This document shows, piece after piece, positions 23,049 through 36,500 of a DNA stretch of 64,000 nt. The notes under the pieces are model-generated. The model was not told the origin of the DNA. It ran no database searches and saw nothing but the letters and a program-made list of their open reading frames with translations. This stretch comes from Tubulanus polymorphus (lineage: Eukaryota > Animalia > Nemertea): the NCBI RefSeq assembly GCF_964204645.1, contig NC_134031.1, positions 1,488,001-1,552,000 on the forward strand. The letters are read 5' to 3'. The position numbers and the translations under genes are program-made. Position 1 is the first letter of the stretch. Every line of letters starts with the position of its first letter.

Positions 23049-24676
23049 ATGGATGAATTAAAAGCTTCTTTCTCGCAGTTAATTAAAGATATCGACCCTG
23101 TTTTACTGGGTGTACTGACAGCTGTTGTTGTAATCTTTCTCACAATCGGTAATTATTTAAATATTTCCCCGATTTCTCCACGAAAACGTCACTTGATTAC
23201 CGACATATGTTCGTCATATAGTCTGTGCGGGCACCTTTCAACAAATTCTTTTTCACTTTCAGTTTTGCTCAAATTTGCTAAAGGAGGCAGAAAAGGTTCT
23301 CATGTTGTTTTTGTCGGTTTATGCGATGCTGGTAAAACATTGATATTCAGCAAAGTAGGTAGTTTTGAATTCAATTTCAGTAATGACACCTGTTGAATCA
23401 GTAGTCTCGAACTATTTTCTTTTTTCAATGTTTTCAGCTCGCTCATGGGAGACATATTACCACTCATACCTCAATGAAAGAAAACCTGGGAAAATATACC
23501 ATCTCAGAGAAGGTAAACTACAATGATACTGATATGATCTTATTTTGGGGACCAGGGGTCAGTTGCTCAAAAGTTGGTTACAGTTAACGAGTGGATAGTT
23601 GACATAGTGACAATTAAAAATTCATTGTTACTATGGTATTTATCCGCTGGTTATCTGTAACCAACTTTTAAGCAACTGGCCCCTGAAAGTGTCTAAATTC
23701 AGATCATTATACTTGCAGAATAAGACAGTTCAAATAGTCGATATACCCGGTCATGAAAGGAGTCGTCAAAAGTTTGTTGATCAGTATAAGAGCCTGGCAA
23801 GGTTAGTCTTAATTCTACTCCTGATAATAAACATTTATAACATTTGTAGCAAAGTAAATCTATCGCGAAAATCTTATTTACAGTAGATTTTACGATGGAT
23901 TTTTCGATGATTTTCAGAGCTATAGTATTTGTAGTCGATAGTACGACTTTCCAGAAGGAATATAAAGATGTAGCTGAGTAAGTTTAACGACACCACATTT
24001 GTTACGCAAGTTTTCACCAAACATGAAAATCAATAATTGCTCGAAATCCCTGTTTTCTAGGTATCTGTACAACTTGTTGACCGATGCAGTCATTTCTAGA
24101 AATTGTCCACCGATTCTAATGTTGTGTAATAAACAGGATTACACGCTGGCTAAAGGTGCTAAAGTCATTCAGACTCAACTTCAGAAAGAAATGTAAGTAA
24201 CCAGTTCAGTTCAGTCAAACTCAGTTTAGTCGTCATTAGATAGCTGCGTCAAATAAACTGAAATCACTTCTATGTTTAGATGCCTCACTTGATGAAATAT
24301 CTTGTTTATTATTTAGCAGTTTTCAAAACTGCTTAAAAATGAACAAGATATTTCAAAATCCAAAACTTTTGGATTTTGTCTCCAAATCCCATCATCAGGG
24401 ATCTAAATTCTGTATTCCTTCGTTACTCAAGTGACTAGTTAAAGATTCATGTTTTCTGATTTCAGAAATACTTTGCGTAAAACTCGAGCTGCCGCGTTAG
24501 ATGCGACGGACGGCGACGTCGGAAATAATAACACATTCCTCGGAAAACGCAATAAAGACTTTGAATTTACGGATATAAAACCGTTCTGTGTTGAGTTCGC
24601 TGAATGCAGCGCGGGAACCAGCGCTGATGACTCTAAGTTAGACGAATTAGAACAGTGGATCGTGAAAATATCATAA
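23049..24676 (+). CDS. SRPRB: Signal recognition particle receptor subunit beta (7 coding exons)
   Basis: N-terminal TM anchor (VLLGVLTAVVVIFLTI); Arf-like GTPase motifs GLCDAGKT, THTS, DIPGHER, AIVFVVDS and CNKQD; AEYLY; QKEMNTLRKTRAA; ends LEQWIVKIS*. AATAAA at 25025. Confidence 0.95.
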
Positions 24677-25723
24677 ATTTTAATGATCATTTTTCAGAGG
24701 AATTATATTTATGGAAAGTGAAAATGAGATTTTGATGTTGTGGTGAAGGGTTGAAACTCAAGAGCAGCTGCGCGGCATGTCTGTTTCTCTTCAGGAAACC
24801 AGACATTTTTTGGAAGCATTTTGAGAACTATTGCTAAGACGGAAGTGTTTACACTCGTATGTTCAGTCACAATGTGTTTAGTCAGTCACTGTATGGTCTC
24901 TCTCACTGATACAACACTAAGCTTGAATCGATGTTCATTAGGTTTACAATCAACGTGGCGACATTGTGTTATTATGAATGTATCTGTTCATGATGTTTGT
25001 TTTATAACCAAAGATTTGGAAATCAATAAAATAATATATACATTAAAATATGATTTGTCTGTATTTTAATGAAGTAACCGGGTACAGCTAAGTTATTCTT
25101 TAAAATCTATGACTGCCACAGTAGGATTCACGTGGAAAAGTAATGAATAGCCACGAGCGACACGTAACAGCGTTACATAATCTAGACCTGAAATACTCAG
25201 TTGACCTGGTGGAGTCTGGATAAAGAAAGTCTTCCAAGAAACGACGGCTGTACATTGTGTGATCCATATAGGCTATAATGATATTCAAATCCTTGTAGGG
25301 TCATATATATGTAGTAGGTCCAGGAACCGAGTTCAATGTTTAGGATAGGATTAGTGTGTTAAACGTGCGTTCAGTTGAATGATGATCAGTGGATATTGGT
25401 GAAAAGAGATTGAGAAAAAACAAACATAAACAACTCAGTTATAATAACGTATAAAAGGCTAGCTGCCTGTATTTTTGGAATATGTTTGATTTTTATCCAC
25501 AAGATCTTAATATCGGAATGTCTGCATCTTACATGATTGATTGAAGAGCTGTCTCTGGTTATAACGTGTACCAAAACATCATATCAAAAATACAAAACAA
25601 TACTGAGAATTACAAATAATACAATAACAACAGATTAATTTTATATATTTATAAATATTAATATTAAAACAATAATTATAACTATTTGATCGAAGGTAAT
25701 GTCACTGGCGTCATGTCTATATA

Positions 25724-25879
25724 CAGTACACTCCACCCAAGTCAGATCTGTTCAACCCTGATGTTTTTTAAATATTTATTGTGACGCTATATATGAAATA
25801 TTGGGACAAACTCAAGTTATTACTCAAGTTGGACATATTTTTACGGCCCCAAATGATCCAACTTGAGCGAAGTCTACTG
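25724..25879. mobile_element. Diverged pogo-like MITE
   Basis: TA|CAGTACACTCC.CCCAAGT...ACTTGAGCGAAGTCTACTG|TA. Confidence 0.6.
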
Positions 25880-27529
25880 TACATGTATTAGGATCGTTTT
25901 ATTTACAGAAGTTCAGAATAAATAAACTACACATAATTCAGAAAGTATTCTGATCGAAAAAAGATTTCAAATCGAAAGTGGCACTAATTGCTTAGTTGAG
26001 GTTAAACATCAAAAGGGTTTTGAATTGTTTAAGATTTAAAACCATCATGCATTAAGAATGGTCTCGAATCCAAGCCTCGACTGCATAACTTGCCCCATAA
26101 AAGACAAAAAGATAACCAGGGCCAGGAAAATCAAAACGCTTTCTCCGTTAGTGGCAGTCGAACTGGAAGAATTCAGCTGTGTTCAACTGTACTCGAAATG
26201 ACATACGAAACGACAAATTTAGATAAAAACCACACCAAAAATCATCAATGATCTGGTTTGATGGCGTTGGGAAAAATTGCAGGAAGAATTAAATACTAAA
26301 AGATGCTACAGTAGGTGTACACATGTACATAGTTTCTAGTACAGATGTACATAGTTTCTAGTACACATGTACATCGTTCTAAGTTAGCTGAGCTCTAAAA
26401 ACAGTAGCGATGATTATGAACTTATTTACAAATGAGACACATTAGAAGAGAGAGTAAATTACTGGATATCTATAGCACCGCAGCTTCAGTAGAGAGAAAC
26501 GGAGAGCATCGAAACCATGGATTCAACGTACTGATCTCTGGACACCTCCTCTCTCAACCATGGCTATATCGGCACTCGACATACACAGCAGTGTTTCTAA
26601 CTATATAGAAGTATCACAGACTAAAAATATCATCATTTCATTCAGCATTTTAAAATCTATTCCATGTAACAGTATTATTGCTTATCTCTATGAATAAATA
26701 TATACCATCATACGACTCGCATTGAATTTGTTGAACTGATTGTTCATTTCTAGCTAAAATTGTATGAAAACAAAACATGAAACTTTAGAACAATCAGTTT
26801 AAAAAGAGATCTTTCAGTAACATGCATGTATCCTACATCAGGAAGTAACACCTCAGGACTCAGTTCCAAGGTTTTTGAGTTAGATTTTACTCAGAGTGTA
26901 ATGAAGTATATCGTAGTAAATTGTAGAATGATATTTCAACTTACTGAGGAACCAAGTCCAGGTACATGTATATCTATAAACGAACTATTTAAAAGTAGCC
27001 CCTTGAATTCAATAGCACATTAAAACAAGGAAATCGTAAAACCCTCATGGTACAAAATGTCACCTTCATAAAAATCTTTTAAAAACGTTTATAAAATATT
27101 TGATCATCAGTCATGAAAGCACCCTTCAATTATTACTTTGTCAACAGTTTTAATGGTCTTGAGAAAAAGTAGAAACCTAAGAGCGAAATTCCAGAGTCCG
27201 ATCTGAGTTGTAAAGTCGTGACTCATGTCCTGGGACCGGTTCCATATTCAAGAGTCAAATACAAAAATTCATCATAAATTCTAACACTGATTGTCTTACG
27301 TTGTTAGATTGGCAAGTATTGAACTGAGAAGTTCTTAGACTGATCTTTAATAAGTCTAAGCCATGACTATGGAACCAGCCCCAGAAGTCGTCATCAATCC
27401 TAAGACTATAGTCTTATCTTATTTGATTGGCTATAGAACGAAATTGGTCATAGACTGGTCCTGAATCTCGAGCCATGACTGTATAACTAGTCACAGTGCT
27501 GCAATTTTCAGTATTTTTCATTAATACTT

Positions 27530-30500
27530 TTAAACGTACAATTGTTGCATTGAAATCGATCGTTTGACGTCGTCGTGTAAACTATCACGTATTTTACCCG
27601 AATGTTGTTCGATATCCTTCGCTAATTTCACACAACTATCCAACAATAAACTGCTACCGGTTTTCACAGCATCTTTAGATTTCTGTAAATAGATGAAAAA
27701 TTCATCCACATTTAAACGGCACAATCGAGCACAACATTAATCGAATTCATTAGTTAATTCAACAATGAAGTCAATACATTTACAGTACCGGGTAAATTGG
27801 GTTAAGCATAAAACTATTTGTATCAAAATATTACATTTATTGGTGAATGAGAAACTAAAAGCATTCACAGCAATTTCCATTAATTCAGTCATTATTTCAA
27901 ATTAGGTGTAAATTCTACTTGTCATAGAAGGCATTTTCAAAAATCAAAATATAGTGTATGTATATGATGGTTATTTTCAAAGGGTAAATGATTACTGATT
28001 AGAAACACGAAGCAAACAGCAATGAATCATTAGAAAGAGAAAATTTAAGGGTCAGTTCCACAGTGGAGGTTCAGACCAGTCTAAGACCATCTTAGCTCAA
28101 TAAATGAAACAAGTCTTGACTGTCTGAAGATCTAAGACAACTGTGGACTCGATGATTGTGCAACTGAGCCCCAGGGCTCTTGATTCTTAGAAAGCCTGAT
28201 ATATTAGATATTAAACAACAAGTGATCTGTTTAAATGCACTAGAGAACTGCACACGCACACACACACACACTAGAGGTCGGGTATATGTACCGTACTTAC
28301 ATGTGGTTTAATATTATGGGTTACACTTTCTGAAGCAATGCTTTCATTGTCAGAAGTAACGACACCCAACGAACTTTTCTTTAAATTACGCGGTAGACTT
28401 GCGCTCCTACATGTATAGTAAAAATCTATTACATGTACTATCGATACATGTACATGTGCACAATTATTGATTGATCGAGTGTAAACCAATTTAGTATTTT
28501 ATAATTTTAGTAATTTATGTGATTGTGAATAACGTCTATCGTTTCCGTTTTTGTTTCTAAGTTACGCGGATTCTTAAGCTGTTCTATTTTTTTACCTTCT
28601 CGAACCGCGTTCGAATTTCGATCCGGTTCCCGATTTACGATCCGATCGTCTGCGATGACCGTGACCTTCGTTTTTCAACGATTCCGAATATTCGCGAACG
28701 AAATATTTCACGTCTTTTTTCTCCTCGTAAACGCGTAACGGCAACTGTATGAATTTTTCGGGTTCAGGTTTTTGAGGCGGTGCTGATTGCTGATTGGTGC
28801 TATATAAATATGCAAATTATTGATATATAAATTATTCGGGATTTAACGCATATATTATGATCGGTATTGTGTATGAAGCCGAGTATCTTACCTATGGACG
28901 GATGATTGTTGATTTAAAGATGGCTGATAGGCAGCTACGTATGATTGCATCTGTGGCTGCTGGTGCTGTGTATATGCCATTGGTACGGGCGATGCGCAGT
29001 ATAAAACCGGTTGTTGCTGCATCTGTATTGGTACCGCTTGCTGCGCCATCCGTATTGGTACTGGTTGTGCTACTGGTTCAGGTGGTATATATGGCTGTGG
29101 CGATGGTTGTGGTGCGTACGGCTGTGGCGATGGTTGTGGTATATATGGTTGTGGCGATGGTTGTGGTATATACGGTTGCGGTATCGGTTGAGGTGGTTGC
29201 GCGATAGGTTGCATCATCACCGGAGATGGCGCCATCACATGTTGAACAGGTATCATCATAGGTGGCGTTGCAGCCAGTGCCTGTGTTGTTTGTTGCGGAG
29301 ATGGTTGATAGGTCGGTATTTGATAAGCCGGTATATGTAGCGGACTCTGAGGAGGTGGATAAGGTGGATGGTAATAGTTTATTTCTGTATGCGAGTGTTT
29401 TCCCGATCCACCGCAGTGCGGACACGGTATCGATCGCGTCTGCGTCGACTGTCGACGATCACGTGATCGGCTCCGTCGTCCGTCCTCCGAGTAAGTATCG
29501 CTTCGTTTCTCAGATTTATGAATTTTATCCATTGAATACGAGCGTCTGAGATGTCGCGGGGTGCTGTGTCCCGTAATGCTGCTGTCGCGATCTCTTGATC
29601 GCCCGTCTCGTGATCGCCCATCTCTCTCCTGAGATCGCCCATCTCGTGATCGCCCATCTCTCTCCTGAGATCGCCCATCCCGATCACGTGATCGCCCATC
29701 TCTCTCCGCTCTATCGCGTGATCGCTCGTGATCTCTAGCCCGTTCATCTCGACTGCGATCTAGCGATTGCGATCGCGACAGGTACCGATCGTATTTCCTC
29801 AGATGTTCGGGAATCGCCGAACGACTCGGCGAGGGCGCCACCGGTGCGTCGTTTCGTCGAGCTCGTTCCGGCGACTCGTAACGTGTCGACGTTAGATTCG
29901 TAGCGAACGCTTTCATCGGAACACGTCTCGGCTCGCGGGACGTATCACGACCGACCGGCCCTGGTGGCGGGCTGCGGAAATAATCGAGGGAACTGTTTTG
30001 AAGTTTTTTCAACTGTCGGTGATCACGTTGCGATAAATGATCTCTGATTTTACGTTCACCTCGTTCGACTCCGGCGTCCGCGTCCTCGCTCAGATAATCA
30101 TCGTCCGACGTGATTCGACTGTCCTCCGTTATACGTCGTAACCGTGACGTCGATTTGTTATTGTTGTTATTTCTCGTCGAGTATTGATCGTACGAATCGT
30201 AATCGTCTGCCGAAGAGTGACGCCCTCTACCGCGCTGATTTTCGAACTCCGGTTTTACGTTTTCTTTGATTTGTTCCCGCGACGATCCCGGTGATTGTTG
30301 AATATTAAACCGGCCGTATTGCTCCATCAGAGCTGGATTCCAGTATGGTGGCGTCGCTGGTACCGCCACGGCCGGTATCGTTATCTTATCCTGTTTTTTC
30401 TCCAGATCTTGTTTCAACTGATTTATTTCTTCTTTCAGCAGACGGATTCTCTCACTACAAATAACAATCAATCATTCAAAAATTGTGAAATTTCATATAT

Positions 30501-33500
30501 CGGAGCAGCCACTTTGACTTCCTTCTACCCGACTATTCCCTGACATGCACATGTTGTTTTCCCTGACTTGATCTACTAAGATTCCAAGCAATGTAAGGCA
30601 GTCAAATACGTAAGACATAGACAGAAACTGTTTGATTATACGCGTGATCTAGCAATCTCAACAAGTTTCCCTGCTTTATGCATTTTAAAAGATTCCCTGA
30701 TTCTTTGGAAAGAAAATTCCCTTACTTTTCCCCCATTTCCCGGTAATTGGCCACAGTGATATATAACAGTTTACTCATAAAGTTATAAAGATATATAAGC
30801 ATAAGGATATTTCATCAGAATGTATTTTTGTTGTACCTTTTTCCGCTTCTCTGAGTTTCTGCTCCTTCGCTTTCCGAAGCGTCGCGATCGAAGTGACGCG
30901 AAGTCGGACGCGAGGCTCGTTTATGCGGAGGACTCCTCGTCGTGTGTCGATTCTTCTGACGACTCGGTGCACTTTCTGAAATCACGACGATAAACAATTA
31001 ACTATCGAAGATGGAATTGAAAACTAATCAAACAAAATGAGGACACTTTTATTTGACTTTTCCCCGACTATTTCCAGACATGCACATGTCATTTTCCCTG
31101 ACTTAATCTGTTAAGAATCCAATCAATTAACGCAGTCAAATACGTAAGACATAGATGGAAACTGATTTTATGCACAATCTATCAATCTCAACAAATTTCC
31201 TTGACTTTTCCCTTGATTTCCGATTTTTTTCCAAAATTCCCTGACTTTTTTTAAAGAAAAAAAAATCCAGATTTCCAGGCCCCCACCCTGTGAAGTTAAT
31301 TTAGAATTAGATTATTACCGGAGGCGACTGATGAGAGGCTGCGTTGTTGTTTATTGCGTTGTAACGGAGGTCGCGACGTGTGATCACGAGCAGACGACAT
31401 ATCGCTATCGGTCCATTGTTGTTGAGGTGGAGGTCGTATCGCAGCGACCGGTAGAGCAGACGGACCGGGAGGAGGAATACTCGTAGGTTCGTCAGACGCT
31501 TCTTTAATCGGCGTCGTTGGTTGAGAACCGTTTTGATGCCTGTTTTTCAAAAACAAAAAAGATATTAAGTTAAATAACAATCGAAGAAACAATTCCGAGT
31601 CCGTGTTGTAATGCTAATACAAAATCCCACATTGAGAACAAAAAGAGTTCAAAATGTTTCCTTGAGCTTTAATCAAACTTTTCATGATAACCTGAAGTCA
31701 TAGTCAGGATTTCACTTAAAGTCATCTTCAGGAATATTGTATTCCTTGAGCAAGTATTTCGTTCAAAGTTTTGACAATATCCTAATAGTCATCTTAAGGA
31801 AAACTATGAGGATATAGTGGAAAGGTCCAATTAACTATAGCTCAAGTAAACTTGTAATCCTGTAGATGAATATTAGGATCTAGTCCAAACATTGAAATAA
31901 ACTTCTAGTTCAAGGAAACATTTTCAGACTTAATTTCTTAATCTAATCAGGGGATTTTATACCATTCAGGTTTTTCAGTAAAGATTTAATTCAGGAAAGA
32001 TTTATTGATACCTTTCTTGAAGCATCTGTTGATATTTAAGTCGAGCCGATCTACTGCTCTCTGAACCGATGAATCCACTATCAGCATCCAGTTCTCCGGG
32101 TCTCAGCGTTTTCTGGCCCGGAGTTGACTGACTGAAACTATCCGGAGGACTACTGTAACTGTTACCATCACTCGTCTGAAATAAACATTTAAATAGAAGT
32201 GATCGGAAAAAAAATATAAATTCAATTCTAGACTTCGAAAGATCAACAATACCTTTGGTTTATTCTTCGTTAAACTGTCATTGCCAGGGCGACCGAGACG
32301 TTTATTCAGATGCTCCGTCGAGTACGGGTCATCGTCTATGTCATTGGCATGGTAACTCATCAGTGTTGCTCCAACCGGAATCTGCATACCGATTTCATTG
32401 CGTTGACTTGAATTCATTGAGAAATTCGGCAACTCCTACAAAATCGAAAAACGCACCCGTGAAATTAGAATCTCTCAGCTGTAGTGAATGCGTGTAATTT
32501 GTCAGTGTATGCAGATATACTATGAACAATGGTTTACGCACGTTTCCTGCCCCTAAAGGCAAATGTAAATAAATGCTGCCTAAGCCGGCATGAAAATATT
32601 TTATGAGGCTTGAAAATCATTCCGATTAAATATCTTTAAAGATATTGTATTTTTCTAATACCAACTTGATTAAAATTTTGATAAAACCAAATCCACCTTT
32701 AATAATCTAACTTTTTTAGACGAGTGAAAGATTATCGGACAACTTCAACAATATGATTTAGAATAGTTGATCATGTATGTAAGGTTGTATAGTTTATTGA
32801 GTGGAGAGGGAGTTATGGTCGACCATAAAAAGGATTAATGAAATAAACAGTTAGAGTTGATAATAGTAGGGATTGTACCTGTGGAGTTCTCACAATAGCT
32901 TATTCTAAAACAGTTCTACATTTTATATACCCCAATATAACCAGTACATCATACAATTAGAAATAATCCGCACTCATTGCTTGGATTTAAGATCAACTAC
33001 CGGTAGTTGTATAGCCAATCTAACAACTTAAGACCGCCTTTGGACTTAAGCCTCGACCATTGAACTGGCCCTGGAATCTGAATCAATTCATATCATTTTA
33101 AACTGATTTGTTTAAGTACATGTAATGCTACAAACCTCTTTATAAGACGAATCCTGGTTCAGATAATTAGATTCCGGAGGTGAGACTGCACCGGGACTGA
33201 GTTTATGATGATCTCCGGGAGTTGATTTCACCGGACTAGATGGTTCAGTCAGCGTACCAGTACTGTCAATCAAAACACAAACATAGTCAAAACTACTTCA
33301 TTCAGATTAAATCCTAATCTAGACAGTATGAACAGTCTACTGGTAGACTGGTGCATAATTATCAGCTATGATCCAGATTAAGTTGGTTTTACCCGATACA
33401 AGAAACACTAAAACAATCCAAATACTACAACATACAATGCTACTATTGTTACTTGAATTCACAGATTAAATATGAATTAGTTATGCCTCAAAATCGTCCT

Positions 33501-36500
33501 CATGTTTTCTATATATCAACCACAAAACTAAGGAGAATTTAGGGCAGGCATATACAAGATTCATATTGTCTTATTAGATATTAGGTTTGAGGCGTCTGCC
33601 ATTTTACTAGGCATACTGGGGCATGTTTGAATAGCTCTGGTTTTTTCATTCATATATTTCAGCTTCGGCGAAGTTTGTATTCGCGAAAAGCTGAAAGAAA
33701 TCTGATGCTTGTTTTAGAAGTCGTTTATCTAGTAGTACTACCCGGCGGTATCTATACACTGATTCATTGATTCAATGTCTATCCGTATAACGACATTTCT
33801 GAATAGTGAAAATATATTTGCCGAGGGAAAAAAACTTGTTTGCGCGAAATCAAGTAGGTCGCTTATAGAAACGCTCCAACAACGGATCAATTATCGAATA
33901 TAATGGAAAAACGAGCTAATTGGTGGAACGGTATAAAAGACACCGGAAACTTTCTCTTTCATAATGAAATATTAAGCAGTACTCTATCCATTGACAAGAG
34001 CTTCTCGCTGAACTGGACTAACCTTTCGTCATCAGATAGTGAAGGCAATCGGTGTAATAATGATGGATCAGGAGCCTGGTTATATAGACGCAGCAATTTC
34101 TACAAAATAGAAAACATTTCTAAAATTGCTTGGAATCAGTTTTGTTAGAACCACCTACACAATTACACAAAATTTACCAGGTGCAAGAAATTACAGAACC
34201 CGGCCGGGTATCATAAGACTGTTGCATTCAAATTTCAACCTGGCCTTAATTTTAAAGGGATCATTAATTCCAAAATCAAATTAACATGAACTGAATTCAT
34301 GAAGAAATTGAATGAATAAAAGATTTACAGGGATTGTGACAGATATGTCTAAAATAGTCATTTTGAAAATCAGTCACAATTTCTTAAAACTTTTAAAGAA
34401 CTTGGTCCAGCGCGTTCAATATGAAACGTATTCCGTTACCTTCGTCAATGCATCAATGTCTTTATCTCTTTCGGGAGTTTTCGGCATTTTCTTCATTCGT
34501 CGATACAAATCTAACAGAGCGTTATAATCTCGCTGTAACTGACGCCATTGAGGGTCAAGGTCAGCGCCGTCCATTGTCGTTTCAACGGCTGCGAAAAAAA
34601 AACAAAAGTCGAAATTCAAAATCGTTCTGACGTCTAGAATTAGAAAACGGTATCAGGTTCAAACGTCACGTACCGATACGGTCGCCATCTTGCATCACTT
34701 TATCAATGGGTGTTTGCGGTTGGCTGTACGCGGAGGTCGCCATGTTTGATTTACTAAAAGATGGCCGCTGTAGTTGCGACATCGGGCGACCCATATCCTG
34801 AAACGGTGTCCGTCGTTTCGCCAGTTTTATGTTATCTTCAACTTTCTCGTGTAAATCATCGAGTTTCATTCCCAACCTGAACAGATCACCTTGAAGTGTC
34901 TAAAAATAGAAAATGGAAAGTGCATGAGGTAAAAGTTCAGTGTTAGATCATAGTTAAGATACCCCTGTCCAAAAATTCCCTGATTAGATTATAAGATATT
35001 CTTCTCTATGGGGGCTGTTTCTTATCAAGAGGTTCTTTACCTAAGATCTAAAAGAACCCAGTAAGGTCTATTGCTAAGTCTGCTGTGATGTTTATTGTAA
35101 GGACTACTGTAGGATCTACTGTATAATCTACTGTAAGGACTACTGTAGGATCTACTATAGGATCTACTATACCTTATCATCATCGAATTCATTCTCAGGT
35201 CCCGACATATTGAGTCGTTTCAGTAAATCTGTGTCGTCTTTAGCTTGTTTGTAATCCTCTTGTAATTTCTCGTAATCGGCTTTGATTTTATCCCAAATAC
35301 GTTCTTGTTCTTCGACGGACAATTGTTCTTCCTCGAGCAAAACACGAAATGATTCCATCTGAAATAACGACAACGAATCAGTTACATTAAACGATTCATG
35401 GATTTTCCAAGAGGTCTAAATACGATTAACAAAGTCTTTCCTAGTTAGAAGCAATAAGATATTTGCAGCTTTCTGAGTCTTAAATAAGCAAAAACTGTAT
35501 AAAGCTAAGGCCTGCATATATATTAGCAGTGTACTGACTGAAAGCCCCTTTCATAATCTTGTTACTGCATTAAGAGTCAGGATTTTAAATATAGCTAATA
35601 CTGAATCTATAAAAAGACTTGTTCATCGATCAACTTGTTGTGGAGCTGTTCTCAGCTGAACTACGGTAAGAAGCTTATGAGTAATAACTGTAGCAGCTCG
35701 TTTATATTCACACACATTACCTGTTCAGCTAAACTTTGAGCCTGGAACATCAAACTCATTTTGATGCTGTCGCCACTACCGGTTACTTGAACGACGGGAT
35801 CGCTAGAGAACTCTGACGGTTCCTCTAATCCATCCATATCAAAATTCACCGGAGTCATCTGAGTGCTGTGAGATTGTGCGAAGCCGTTCTGTGACTGCGG
35901 ACGACTGCCTCCTAAAAACAACACAATCATCGTGTATTTCCTCTACATCTAGTTTAAATGGTAAAACTTAATTCCGAGATATTTTATGACTTTAAAAATT
36001 GAAATATAGCTCCATCCATTGAGCATGTGTATGTACCCAGTGTTATGCTGGAATCCTGCATTATGATATCGCGGCTGCTAAAAGAAGCAAGGCTTTCAAT
36101 CCGCCCAAAAATACAGAAACTTTAACTTAATCTTGATGTAATCTTACATTTTTCACATTAGCTCAATATATTTCAATGCAATTATCAGCATTGATTGAAT
36201 ATTGACATCCACCCTGTTAGGAGCAGCAGATATCTTATAAGAGCTGGCTGATTCTGATTCTGAGAGAGGTGGATGCAAAAATGAAAGGGGTTGCTGCCCC
36301 TTTAAAACCTGTAGTGGAAAACACTGAGCACCGGTACTGAGGGAAAACCAGGTCGATCTATGAAACCCCTTCTTGTAAAAAGCCATCATTATGTGGCCTA
36401 CCTGTAGCGGTGTGATGAATGTCACCCATTGAGAACGCTTTCTGTTTACTAGGAGTAGAAGCGATCATTCCGGCCTGCGTCATGTGACTGATATTGAACG

